Positions 31,803 through 39,988 of a stretch of 44,037 bases of DNA are shown in pieces (position 1 is the first letter of the stretch; each line of letters begins with the position of its first letter). A program made the position numbers and the translations under genes. Source of the stretch: Thiohalomonadales bacterium (GTDB lineage: Bacteria > Pseudomonadota > Gammaproteobacteria > UBA6429 > Thiohalophilaceae); NCBI GenBank assembly GCA_048060815.1, contig JBGMQW010000001.1:1-44037 (forward strand), read 5' to 3'. The notes under the pieces are model-generated. The model saw only the letters and a list, made by a program, of their open reading frames with translations, was not told the DNA's origin and searched no databases.

Positions 31803-33071
31803 TTAACTACGGATATGACCATCACCAATAACAATATATTTCTGTGAAGTTAATCCCTCTAATCCCACCGGGCCACGAACATGAATTTTATCAGTACTAA
31901 TTCCTATCTCTGCACCTAAACCATATTCAAATCCATCAGCAAAACGAGTCGATGCATTCAACATAACCGAGCTTGAATCAATTTCATTTAAAAATCGTCG
32001 TGCTAAAGTTACATCTTCAGTAACAATTGATTCTGTATGACCAGATCCATGGTGATCGATATGTTCCATTGCAGCATTAATATCGTCGACTATACGAATT
32101 GATAAAATTGGAGCAAGGTATTCTGTATCCCAATCTTCTTCTGTTGCTAAGGTAATATCGCTTAATATTTTCATTGTCTCCGCGCAACCACGTAATTCGA
32201 CCTGTTTATTTTTATATAATGAAGCAAGTTCAGGTAAAATATCTTTTGCAATAGACTTATCAACCAACAATGTTTCCATTGTATTACAGGTTCCATAACG
32301 TTGCGTTTTAGAGTTTAATGCAACATCTATAGCCTTTTGTTTATCTGCTTTAGAATTTATATATACATGACATATACCATGAAGATGTTTAATAACCGGA
32401 ACTGTTGCTTCCAGGCTAATTCTTTCAATAAGCCCTTTACCACCACGTGGAACAATAATATCAACATAATTTTTCATAGTAATCAGTGCACCAACAGCTT
32501 CCCTATCTGTTAGCTCAATCACCTGAACCACATCTTTGGATAAACCCGATTTTTTCAGACCAGTATGAATACAAGCTGCAATCGCCTGATTCGAATACAG
32601 TGCCTCAGAGCCACCCCGTAAAATAGCAGCATTTCCTGACTTCAAACACAAGGCAGCTGCATCAGCAGTTACATTTGGACGAGATTCATAAATTATCCCA
32701 ATCACTCCGAGAGGCACGCGCATCTTTCCAACTTGAATGCCCGATGGTCGATATTTTAAATCTGTAATTTCACCAACAGGATTTTCCAGAGCTGCAATTT
32801 GACATAAACCATCGGCCATAGAATGAATACGTTCAGAATTGAGTTCCAAACGATCTAACAATGCTGCATCCAGACCTGATTCTTGTCCAGCAATTAAGTC
32901 TTTCTGATTTTGAGTTATTAATAATTTTTCATTGCTTATAATTTCATCAGCAATAGCGATTAAAGCTGAGTCTTTACTTGCGCTATCTGCTCGTGCTATT
33001 TCACGTGAAGCTTTTTGAGCCCGAATTCCTATATCAAGCATGTATTTTTTTATGTCCACTTTAATATCCAT
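31803..33071 (-). CDS. proA: Gamma-glutamyl phosphate reductase ProA
   Basis: 422 aa, aldehyde-dehydrogenase fold. [12 protein letters not shown] (catalytic Cys) and NASTRFADG motifs. Confidence 0.93.
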   Translation of the reverse strand: MDIKVDIKKYMLDIGIRAQKASREIARADSASKDSALIAIADEIISNEKLLITQNQKDLIAGQESGLDAALLDRLELNSERIHSMADGLCQIAALENPVGEITDLKYRPSGIQVGKMRVPLGVIGIIYESRPNVTADAAALCLKSGNAAILRGGSEALYSNQAIAACIHTGLKKSGLSKDVVQVIELTDREAVGALITMKNYVDIIVPRGGKGLIERISLEATVPVIKHLHGICHVYINSKADKQKAIDVALNSKTQRYGTCNTMETLLVDKSIAKDILPELASLYKNKQVELRGCAETMKILSDITLATEEDWDTEYLAPILSIRIVDDINAAMEHIDHHGSGHTESIVTEDVTLARRFLNEIDSSSVMLNASTRFADGFEYGLGAEIGISTDKIHVRGPVGLEGLTSQKYIVIGDGHIRS

Positions 33072-33190
33072 TTGAGCATCTCTAATATATTTTACCTGAT
33101 ACTAAAAAAGTCTTTAATATCATAACTTTAGTATATGTGTTTGTCACGACGCGCTATTAATTCGAACACATTTAGCGCAAATTGTTCAAA

Positions 33191-34219
33191 TTAAATAGAT
33201 ACCGTCGGCAAATATCGAAGTCCTGCAATCCCTAAGCTTAATTGTAACAATTCATCCCATAAATTGCCTATTTCATTACCTTTAATTATACGATCAGTCT
33301 TATTTGATTTGCGAAGTAATGCCTGCAGTGAGGCTATTGAATGGCGATTTAAAGCATTTCGTACCATAATTTTTCGTTTATCCCACACTCGTTGTTGTCG
33401 AAATACTAATTCCATTGCATCGCCATTTTCTAAACAACTTTTCATTTTAAGCAAGCTACGAATTTCTTTTGAAAGAGACCAGTTTATTAAAAGTGGAGTA
33501 ATACCTTCTGATTTCAAACCATATAAAATACGGGGAATATGTTTAAGTTCGCCTTTTAAAGCTTCATCAGCTAATTTAAATATATCATAGCGGGCACTGT
33601 CAGCTACAGATTGCTCGACAATATCAAGAGTTAATTCATTCGATGGACAAATGAGTGATAATTTCTCGATTTCCTGGTCGGCAGCTAATAGATTACCCTC
33701 TATTCTATCAACCAGTATTTGTAAGGCATTCTCACTTGTTTTTAAGTTTCGTAAATTTAACCTTGATATGACCCAGGAACGAAGCTCAGTTCCTTCAATA
33801 GGCCATATTGTGACTGAAACCCCTACATTTAATATCGATTTAAACCATTTTGTGGTGGTAGTCGCTTTTTCCAGTTTATTAGTAACAATCAATAACAAGG
33901 TGTCACTGGAAATATTCTCACAGTATTCCACAAGCATTTGTCCACCTTCTTTACCGGGTTTACCATTTGGCATACGCAATTCAAGTATTTTCTTTTCTGC
34001 GAATAATGATAAACTATTTTTCGACATTGAAAAATCTGACCAACTAAATCCTTTTTCTATAAATAACAATTCTCTATTGCTATAACCTTGTTCCACTGCC
34101 TTTTCTCTAATTAATTTGATAGCTTGTTGTACTTGAAATGGCTCATCCCCACTGACTATATAAACAGGTTGTAAGGATGTAGTTAGCTGTTGTTCAAGAT
34201 TATTAAAATAAATTTTCAT
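33191..34219 (-). CDS. holA: DNA polymerase III delta subunit HolA
   Basis: 342 aa. N-terminus L..QL...L.PVYIVSGDEPF. Downstream of lptE as in other gammaproteobacteria. Its ATG lies 5 nt from the end of a palindromic element. Confidence 0.88.
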   Translation of the reverse strand: MKIYFNNLEQQLTTSLQPVYIVSGDEPFQVQQAIKLIREKAVEQGYSNRELLFIEKGFSWSDFSMSKNSLSLFAEKKILELRMPNGKPGKEGGQMLVEYCENISSDTLLLIVTNKLEKATTTTKWFKSILNVGVSVTIWPIEGTELRSWVISRLNLRNLKTSENALQILVDRIEGNLLAADQEIEKLSLICPSNELTLDIVEQSVADSARYDIFKLADEALKGELKHIPRILYGLKSEGITPLLINWSLSKEIRSLLKMKSCLENGDAMELVFRQQRVWDKRKIMVRNALNRHSIASLQALLRKSNKTDRIIKGNEIGNLWDELLQLSLGIAGLRYLPTVSI

Positions 34220-34224
34220 GAATA

Positions 34225-34470
34225 CTAGGGTCTGTTGATCTTTCAGATTTTAGAACTGAATAAAGAATTATAATACCAATGATTATCAATAAATAGTAAA
34301 AGTTAGGACACGGAATTGGGATACCCCTATCAAGACCGTGTGCCGCAGGACGCGGCACCCGAGCATGCCATGGATGGCAATGTTTTGCGTGTCTTGATAG
34401 GGGTATCCCGGTTTCGTGGCCGGATTTAAACTACAAATCAGATAAAATTTGAAAGATCAACAGACCCTAG
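34225..34470. mobile_element. MITE-like palindromic element, type A (246 bp maximal extent)
   Basis: Terminal inverted repeats CTAGGGTCTGTTGATCTTTCAGATTTT (34225..34251) and AAAATTTGAAAGATCAACAGACCCTAG (34444..34470) match at 26 of 27 positions. Read as TA-flanked, the element is GGGTCTG...CAGACCC (34228..34467). Non-coding, with a GC-rich internal hairpin. Only one copy in this window. Confidence 0.65.
34318..34409. repeat. Type A internal hairpin: perfect 19-bp arms around a GC-rich core
   Basis: GGGATACCCCTATCAAGAC (34318..34336) is the exact reverse complement of GTCTTGATAGGGGTATCCC (34391..34409). The core at 34330..34397 is homologous to the type B core in inverse orientation. Confidence 0.85.
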
Positions 34471-34471
34471 T

Positions 34472-34731
34472 TAACCTGAACTCGGTATAAGCAAATATAA
34501 TTTAAATAACAAAATTAGGTAGTTACGTATGAGTAATACTAAATCCATCGGCTACGGAAGGGCTGTAGCCCATTCAAGACTCGCAAAACATGCCATCCAT
34601 GGCCGCTCGACTGCCGCGTCCCTGCGGCAGACGGTCTTGAATGGGCTACAGCCCTTCCATATCCTTGCATTTGTACTCGCAATTTATTAATGGATGCTGT
34701 TACATGTTTTTCTTATCCTGAGTTCAGGTTA
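34472..34731. mobile_element. MITE-like palindromic element, type B, copy 1 (260 bp)
   Basis: TIRs TAACCTGAACTCGG... and ...CCTGAGTTCAGGTTA. Non-coding and bounded by TA at both ends. A second 260-bp copy at 39660..39919 differs at 16 positions with no indels. Confidence 0.85.
34556..34658. repeat. Type B internal hairpin: perfect 25-bp arms around a 53-nt GC-rich centre
   Basis: GGAAGGGCTGTAGCCCATTCAAGAC (34556..34580) is the exact reverse complement of GTCTTGAATGGGCTACAGCCCTTCC (34634..34658). An inner 7-bp stem pairs CTGCCGC (34611..34617) with GCGGCAG (34624..34630). Confidence 0.9.
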
Positions 34732-35262
34732 GTTAGATTCTTTAAAAGCAAAACTCAGTCTGGTTAACATTTGATTTACGATAAATTCACTCATTTCCAA
34801 TTTTAACCGAATTTCTTGATCACCTGATGCAAGTCTATTTAATGGATCAATATTGTATTCACGAGTCTGACGTAGTTCCTGATTTTTTAATAAAACTTTT
34901 CCTTTATTGTCATATACTTGAAATCCAATAACCAGGTCTAGTTTATAGGCTGAGGCTTTATTACCTGAATCTACAGTTAACACACGTCTAACAAAGTTAT
35001 TTTTGGTGATCGAAAGTATCGCAGTTGAATCTTCTTGTATATCGATACGTTCAATACCGAGTTGTTTCATTCTTCTAAATAAAACAGTTCCAATTTCATT
35101 TGAACCTACATCACCAGCGACATAAATATTTTTCAATACATCGGGAACTTCTATCGCGCCACGAAGATGAAAACCGCATGACACTAATAAAACACAACTA
35201 TTCAATAGTAAGAATATAATTACTATTTTAAAATTTTTATTAACATTATTAATATTTTTCAT
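34729..35262 (-). CDS. lptE: LPS-assembly lipoprotein LptE (RlpB)
   Basis: 177 aa with lipobox LLVSCGFHLRG, typical of LptE, following leuS. The stop codon TAA (34729..34731) is made from the last base of element B plus its flanking TA. Confidence 0.88.
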   Translation of the reverse strand: MKNINNVNKNFKIVIIFLLLNSCVLLVSCGFHLRGAIEVPDVLKNIYVAGDVGSNEIGTVLFRRMKQLGIERIDIQEDSTAILSITKNNFVRRVLTVDSGNKASAYKLDLVIGFQVYDNKGKVLLKNQELRQTREYNIDPLNRLASGDQEIRLKLEMSEFIVNQMLTRLSFAFKESN

Positions 35263-35272
35263 AATTTAAACA

Positions 35273-37756
35273 TTATCGAACAACAATATTAACTAATCGA
35301 CCAGGAACAATGATAACTTTTGAAATACCCTTGCCATTCGTGAATTTTTTAATATTCTCATTTTCCAATGCCAACTTTTCAGTCTCATCACGACTTGCAT
35401 CGGCAGGTATCTCAATACGTGCACGTAATTTTCCATTAACCTGTACAACTAATTCCAGACTATTACGAACTAGTGCCTGTTTATCAACTTTCGGCCATGT
35501 TGCATCAATAATAATTTCATCATGACCTAATGCTAACCATAGTGTATGACATACGTGAGGAACAATTGGAGCCAGCATAAGCACAATATTATCCAGTGCT
35601 TCTTGCATAATTCCATAATCTTCAACAGAGTTATATTCTACTTTATACAAGACATTGACTAATTCCATTATCGCGGCAATTGCAGTATTAAAAGTAAACC
35701 GTCGTTCGATATCATCAGTACATTTTCCAATAGTTTCATGCAACAATCGTCTAAGTTTTTTCTGCTGTTCATTTAAATTTGAACTGGATTCTGTAATATA
35801 ATTATTAAACTCGGTGTTTTGATGTTGGTACACTAAATTCCATAACCGTCTTAAGAAACGAAATGCTCCTTCAACCCCTGAATCTGACCATTCGAGTGAT
35901 TGTGTCGGTGGAGCGGCAAACATCATGAATAAACGTGCTGTATCGGCACCATATTTTTCAATTAAAACCTGTGGATCAACCGTGTTGCCTTTGGATTTTG
36001 ACATTTTTGAACCATCTTTTAACACCATACCCTGTGTTAATAATTTTTTAAAAGGTTCATCAATGTTTATCAGTCCTTCATCTCTCATTAATTTAAGAAA
36101 AAATCGAGCATACAACGAATGTAAGATCGCATGTTCTATACCACCAATATAATGATCAACGGGTAACCAATAAGAAGCTCGAGAATCCAACATAAATTCT
36201 GAATTATCCGGGTTACAATAACGAGCAAAATACCAGGATGACTCCATAAATGTGTCAAATGTGTCGGTCTCTCGTTTTGCTTTACCCCCACAAGCTGGAC
36301 AACTAACATTGTAGAATTCAGGCATTGATTTAATTGGGGAATTTACACCATCGAGTGTTACTTCTTCTGGAAGTACCACCGGTAAATTTTTCGTTGGTAC
36401 CGTTACTTCACCGCATTTATCACAATTAATAATTGGAATAGGACTTCCCCAATAACGTTGACGGGAGATTCCCCAGTCACGAAGACGATAATGAGTTTTA
36501 ACTTGACCTTTTTTCTTTTTTTCAAGAAACGAAGCTATTTTATTAAATGCCTGGTCTGATGTTAATCCGGTATAATCACCGGAATCAAGTAAAACACCTT
36601 TTGCTGTTATTGCAGCTTTAGTTAATTCATTATCATGTTCTACTTTTGTGTCAGGTTTTATAACCTGCTTTATTTGCAAACCATATTTCTTTGCAAATTC
36701 CCAATCACGTTGATCATGGGCAGGTACTGACATTACAGCGCCTTCGCCGTATCCCATCAAAACAAAATTTGCGATAAAAACCGGAACAAGATCACCTGTA
36801 ATTGGATGTATGGCTTTTAAACCTGTGTCGATCCCTCTCTTTTCAACTGTTTCTATGGTTTTTTCAGCTGTTCCCAACGATTTACATTCATTAATAAAAG
36901 TTAAAATATTTGCATGGAATTTTGATGTTTCCAGAGCAAGTGGATGTTCAGCTGCAATAGCAAGATAGGTAACACCAAACAAAGTATCCGGTCTTGTTGT
37001 AAAAACGTTGACTGTTTGTTCAGTATTTGCAATTTCAAAACCTATTTCAACACCTAAAGATTTACCAATCCAATTATGTTGCATGGTTCGAACTTTATCA
37101 GGCCATCCACCAAGACTATCCAGATCTTCAAGTAACTCTTCAGCATAATCGGTGATTTTCATAAACCATTGAGGTATCTCTTTACGCTCAACTGTTTCAC
37201 CACATCGCCAGCAGCATTCATCTATTACCTGTTCATTGGCTAAAACTGTCTGATCGTTTGGACACCAATTAACAGAAGCGGTTTTTTTATAGACTAAACC
37301 TTTTTTATAGAGCTGTATAAATAACCATTGCTCCCATTTATAATAATCAGGATCGCATGTCGCAATTTCTCTATCCCAGTCATATGCAAACCCCAACTCT
37401 TTCAGTTGCTTACGCATATAATTTATATTTTCTCTAGTCCATTTACCAGGAGCAACATTATTTTTAAGAGCTGCATTTTCAGCCGGAAGACCAAATGCAT
37501 CCCAACCCATCGGTTGCATTACATTCTTGCCCAACATACGTTGATATCGGCTAATCACATCACCAATGGTATAATTACGCACATGACCCATGTGTAATCG
37601 CCCACTGGGATACGGAAACATTGAAAGACAATAAAACTTCTCTTTGTCTGATTTTTCATTAACAGCAAAAGACTTGTTTTGCTCCCAATAATCCTGAACA
37701 TCTTGTTCAAGTTTTTCTGGATGGTATTGTTCAGCTATTTTATTTTCTAAAGGCAT
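35273..37756 (-). CDS. leuS: Leucyl-tRNA synthetase
   Basis: 827 aa. HIGH-type motif [15 protein letters not shown] and KMSKS motif [10 protein letters not shown]. Confidence 0.97.
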   Translation of the reverse strand: MPLENKIAEQYHPEKLEQDVQDYWEQNKSFAVNEKSDKEKFYCLSMFPYPSGRLHMGHVRNYTIGDVISRYQRMLGKNVMQPMGWDAFGLPAENAALKNNVAPGKWTRENINYMRKQLKELGFAYDWDREIATCDPDYYKWEQWLFIQLYKKGLVYKKTASVNWCPNDQTVLANEQVIDECCWRCGETVERKEIPQWFMKITDYAEELLEDLDSLGGWPDKVRTMQHNWIGKSLGVEIGFEIANTEQTVNVFTTRPDTLFGVTYLAIAAEHPLALETSKFHANILTFINECKSLGTAEKTIETVEKRGIDTGLKAIHPITGDLVPVFIANFVLMGYGEGAVMSVPAHDQRDWEFAKKYGLQIKQVIKPDTKVEHDNELTKAAITAKGVLLDSGDYTGLTSDQAFNKIASFLEKKKKGQVKTHYRLRDWGISRQRYWGSPIPIINCDKCGEVTVPTKNLPVVLPEEVTLDGVNSPIKSMPEFYNVSCPACGGKAKRETDTFDTFMESSWYFARYCNPDNSEFMLDSRASYWLPVDHYIGGIEHAILHSLYARFFLKLMRDEGLINIDEPFKKLLTQGMVLKDGSKMSKSKGNTVDPQVLIEKYGADTARLFMMFAAPPTQSLEWSDSGVEGAFRFLRRLWNLVYQHQNTEFNNYITESSSNLNEQQKKLRRLLHETIGKCTDDIERRFTFNTAIAAIMELVNVLYKVEYNSVEDYGIMQEALDNIVLMLAPIVPHVCHTLWLALGHDEIIIDATWPKVDKQALVRNSLELVVQVNGKLRARIEIPADASRDETEKLALENENIKKFTNGKGISKVIIVPGRLVNIVVR

Positions 37757-37928
37757 ATTAAATTTCTTTCGTAAATCACAATTTTTTTATTTTATACAGA
37801 AATTGAATATTACCATATCTAGCAGGATTTCCGCAGTAGAGTAAGCTCTCTATTTCAGGATAGTCTGTCTGATTACAAGTTTAGAGAAATAATTTACATG
37901 TATATGTGAAGACTTAATCCAACGGTTA

Positions 37929-38321
37929 TCAACTAAGTCGACTGGTTTTAGTTTGACGAATTTGTTCTCGATACAAAGCAATTTGCTCTTTAGTGAATGT
38001 CCCGGGGAAATACTTATTTCCCCATACTAACATGGCTTTCATAACGTCACCTAAATCATGTCCTTTTTCCGTCAAACTATAACTATAACGAACTGGTCGA
38101 CGCTGATATTCCTGTTTCTGAATGATTCCTTCAGTTATTAAATTTTTTAAGCGCTGAGCGAGAATATTACTGGGGATTTTTTCAAGCGAGTTTTGCAACT
38201 CAGTATAGGTGGTTTTTCCAAAATAGAGATCACGTATCACTAACAAGGTCCACTTATCACCAAGAATGTCTAACATGTTTGCAATTGCACATGGTGAGCG
38301 CTTAAATTCTGAGGGTTGCAT
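37929..38321 (-). CDS. HxlR-family winged-helix transcriptional regulator
   Basis: 130 aa. CAIANMLDILGDKWTLLVIRDL..G...Y.EL......I....L..RLK.L...GII.K matches the HxlR/YodB pattern, including an N-terminal Cys. Confidence 0.85.
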   Translation of the reverse strand: MQPSEFKRSPCAIANMLDILGDKWTLLVIRDLYFGKTTYTELQNSLEKIPSNILAQRLKNLITEGIIQKQEYQRRPVRYSYSLTEKGHDLGDVMKAMLVWGNKYFPGTFTKEQIALYREQIRQTKTSRLS

Positions 38322-38396
38322 TATCTATCCGCTATAGTAATTGCTAACTTGTAATACTAATTAAAATTTACGTGGTGAAATTTTAACACAATCCCT

Positions 38397-38472
38397 AGTC
38401 ACTTGCATATTTAAAGTAACTAATTTAGACTGCACTTCAACAGTCACTTTCAATTATTAAGTAACTAACTTA
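38397..38472. promoter_or_regulatory. Two 31-bp direct repeats (candidate operators) in the hxlR-gst divergent region
   Basis: 38397..38427 AGTCACTTGCATATTTAAAGTAACTAATTTA and 38442..38472 AGTCACTTTCAATTATTAAGTAACTAACTTA match at 25 of 31 positions. Each holds a 5-N5-5 inverted repeat: TAAGT-aacta-ACTTA is perfect in the second, TAAAG-taact-AATTTA is degenerate in the first. Confidence 0.4.
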
Positions 38473-38485
38473 TAGGAATTAGATT

Positions 38486-39106
38486 ATGGATATAACTCTT
38501 TATTATTGTGCAAAAACCCGAGCAGTTAGAATACGGTGGTTATTAGAAGAATTATCAATACCTTATCAACTTGAACATATTGATATTTTTTCTGGCGCTG
38601 GCCAGACCAAAAAATATCGAGATATACATCCTTATGGCCAGGTGCCTGCTATTAAAATTGATGATGAGCTTATCTTTGAATCCGGTGCAATATGTAATGT
38701 CCTGGCTGATAAATTTCCTGAAAAAGCGTTTGCTCCGAAGCTCAATACTATCGATCGAGCACAATATGAACAATGGATGTTCTTTGCTCCCGCGACGCTA
38801 GAACCTCCAATTTTCCAATATTTACTACACACATCAATATTTTCGGAACAGCGGCGCGTTCCTCAAATAGCCGAATTGAATATTAAGAGTTTCCGCCAGA
38901 TTTTAAATATCCTGGAAAAGATTTTTCAAGAAAAAATGCTGAAGAAAAACTATTTAGTAAATGATACATTTAGTTGTGCTGATATTATGATTGGCTCAGT
39001 ATTATTCTGGGCTCCAGAATTTGTTTCAAAATATACTGAGCTATCGCGTTACACAGAAAACCTGAGATCTCGAAAACCATATCAAAAAGCGTTACTGAAT
39101 GATTAA
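38486..39106 (+). CDS. Glutathione S-transferase family protein
   Basis: 206 aa. N-terminal thioredoxin-like GST domain (P.GQVPAIKIDD..IFESGAI..L) and an alpha-helical C-domain. SD AGGAA upstream. Confidence 0.85.
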   Translation: MDITLYYCAKTRAVRIRWLLEELSIPYQLEHIDIFSGAGQTKKYRDIHPYGQVPAIKIDDELIFESGAICNVLADKFPEKAFAPKLNTIDRAQYEQWMFFAPATLEPPIFQYLLHTSIFSEQRRVPQIAELNIKSFRQILNILEKIFQEKMLKKNYLVNDTFSCADIMIGSVLFWAPEFVSKYTELSRYTENLRSRKPYQKALLND

Positions 39107-39258
39107 AATATCCAAAAATTGACAGTAAACAGGTAAATTTAACTGATATTGTTAGCGAATAAGAGAAATTCATCATTTACTAATATAGAATTATCTGCTA
39201 TTATCTTGACAAATTTACTCAAGTATTTTGAATTAAAATTTTTTCAGGAGCGATTAAT

Positions 39259-39594
39259 ATGCAAGCAGAAGTAAATGGTCAAGTCGTTGAGCTCAGTGAG
39301 GCTGGGTGGTTATTAAATTTAGATGAATGGAGTGAAGAGCTCGCATTAGAAATTTCAAAAACTGAAAAAATTCAGGAAATGACAGACGAACATTGGGATA
39401 TAGTTAAATTAGCTCGAGAATATTTTACAACTAATGGAAGTGTTGCTGAGCCACGTGTATTTTCTAAACTACTGAAAGAAAAGTTTGGTAAAGATCGCAG
39501 TAGCCAAAAATATATTTATACTCTGTTTCCAACTGGGTTAATTAAATGCGCTAATAAAGTCGCAGGACTACCCCGTCCTAAAGGCTGTAGTTAA
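39259..39594 (+). CDS. TusE/DsrC-family sulfur-relay protein
   Basis: 111 aa. HW.IV...R.Y......P and the C-terminal arm LFP.G......K.AGLPRPKGCS with the penultimate Cys. Strong SD AGGAG. Confidence 0.85.
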   Translation: MQAEVNGQVVELSEAGWLLNLDEWSEELALEISKTEKIQEMTDEHWDIVKLAREYFTTNGSVAEPRVFSKLLKEKFGKDRSSQKYIYTLFPTGLIKCANKVAGLPRPKGCS

Positions 39595-39624
39595 AATTAA
39601 ATATTTTTCAAAGTAAAACACAAA

Positions 39625-39656
39625 GTCGAATATTTATTCGGCTCTTTTTATTCTTT
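39625..39656 (+). terminator. Rho-independent terminator candidate after the tusE-like gene
   Basis: 7-bp stem GTCGAAT / ATTCGGC (one G-U pair) with loop ATTT at 39625..39642, followed by TCTTTTTATTCTTT. Confidence 0.55.
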
Positions 39657-39659
39657 AAA

Positions 39660-39919
39660 TAACCTGAACTTGGGATAAGCAAATATAATTTAAATAACAA
39701 AATTCAGTAGTTACGTATGAGTCATACTAAATCCATCGGCTACGGAAGGGCTGTAGCCCATTCAAGACTCGCAAAACATGCCATCCATGGCCGCTCGACT
39801 GCCGCTTCCCTGCGGCAGACGGTCTTGAATGGGCTACAGCCTTTCCATATCCTTACATTGGTTCTCGCAATTTATTAGTGGATGTTATTACATGTTTTTC
39901 TTATACCGATTTCAGGTTA
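39660..39919. mobile_element. MITE-like palindromic element, type B, copy 2 (260 bp)
   Basis: Identical to copy 1 (34472..34731) at 244 of 260 positions by hand alignment, in the same orientation and TA-bounded. Lies in the intergenic region between the tusE-like terminator and the DUF1451-like gene. Confidence 0.85.
39744..39846. repeat. Type B internal hairpin, copy 2
   Basis: Same 25-bp arms as copy 1, except one position that becomes a G:T (G-U in RNA) pair. The inner 7-bp stem is intact, with one change in its loop. Confidence 0.9.
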
Positions 39920-39988
39920 GTTACTAAAAACCTATACCACATTGTCTATACTTACAGAAAGGATAACAATTTATAGCAGCTGTACATT

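Noticed and set aside
34267-34272. A perfect TATAAT hexamer inside element A facing holA, considered as a possible outward promoter.
   Set aside because: The only good -35-like hexamer (TTGATA) is at 11-bp spacing, and the hexamer at 17 bp (TATTTA) is poor. TATAAT occurs frequently by chance in DNA this AT-rich. I kept it only as something to test by 5'-RACE and did not call it as a feature.
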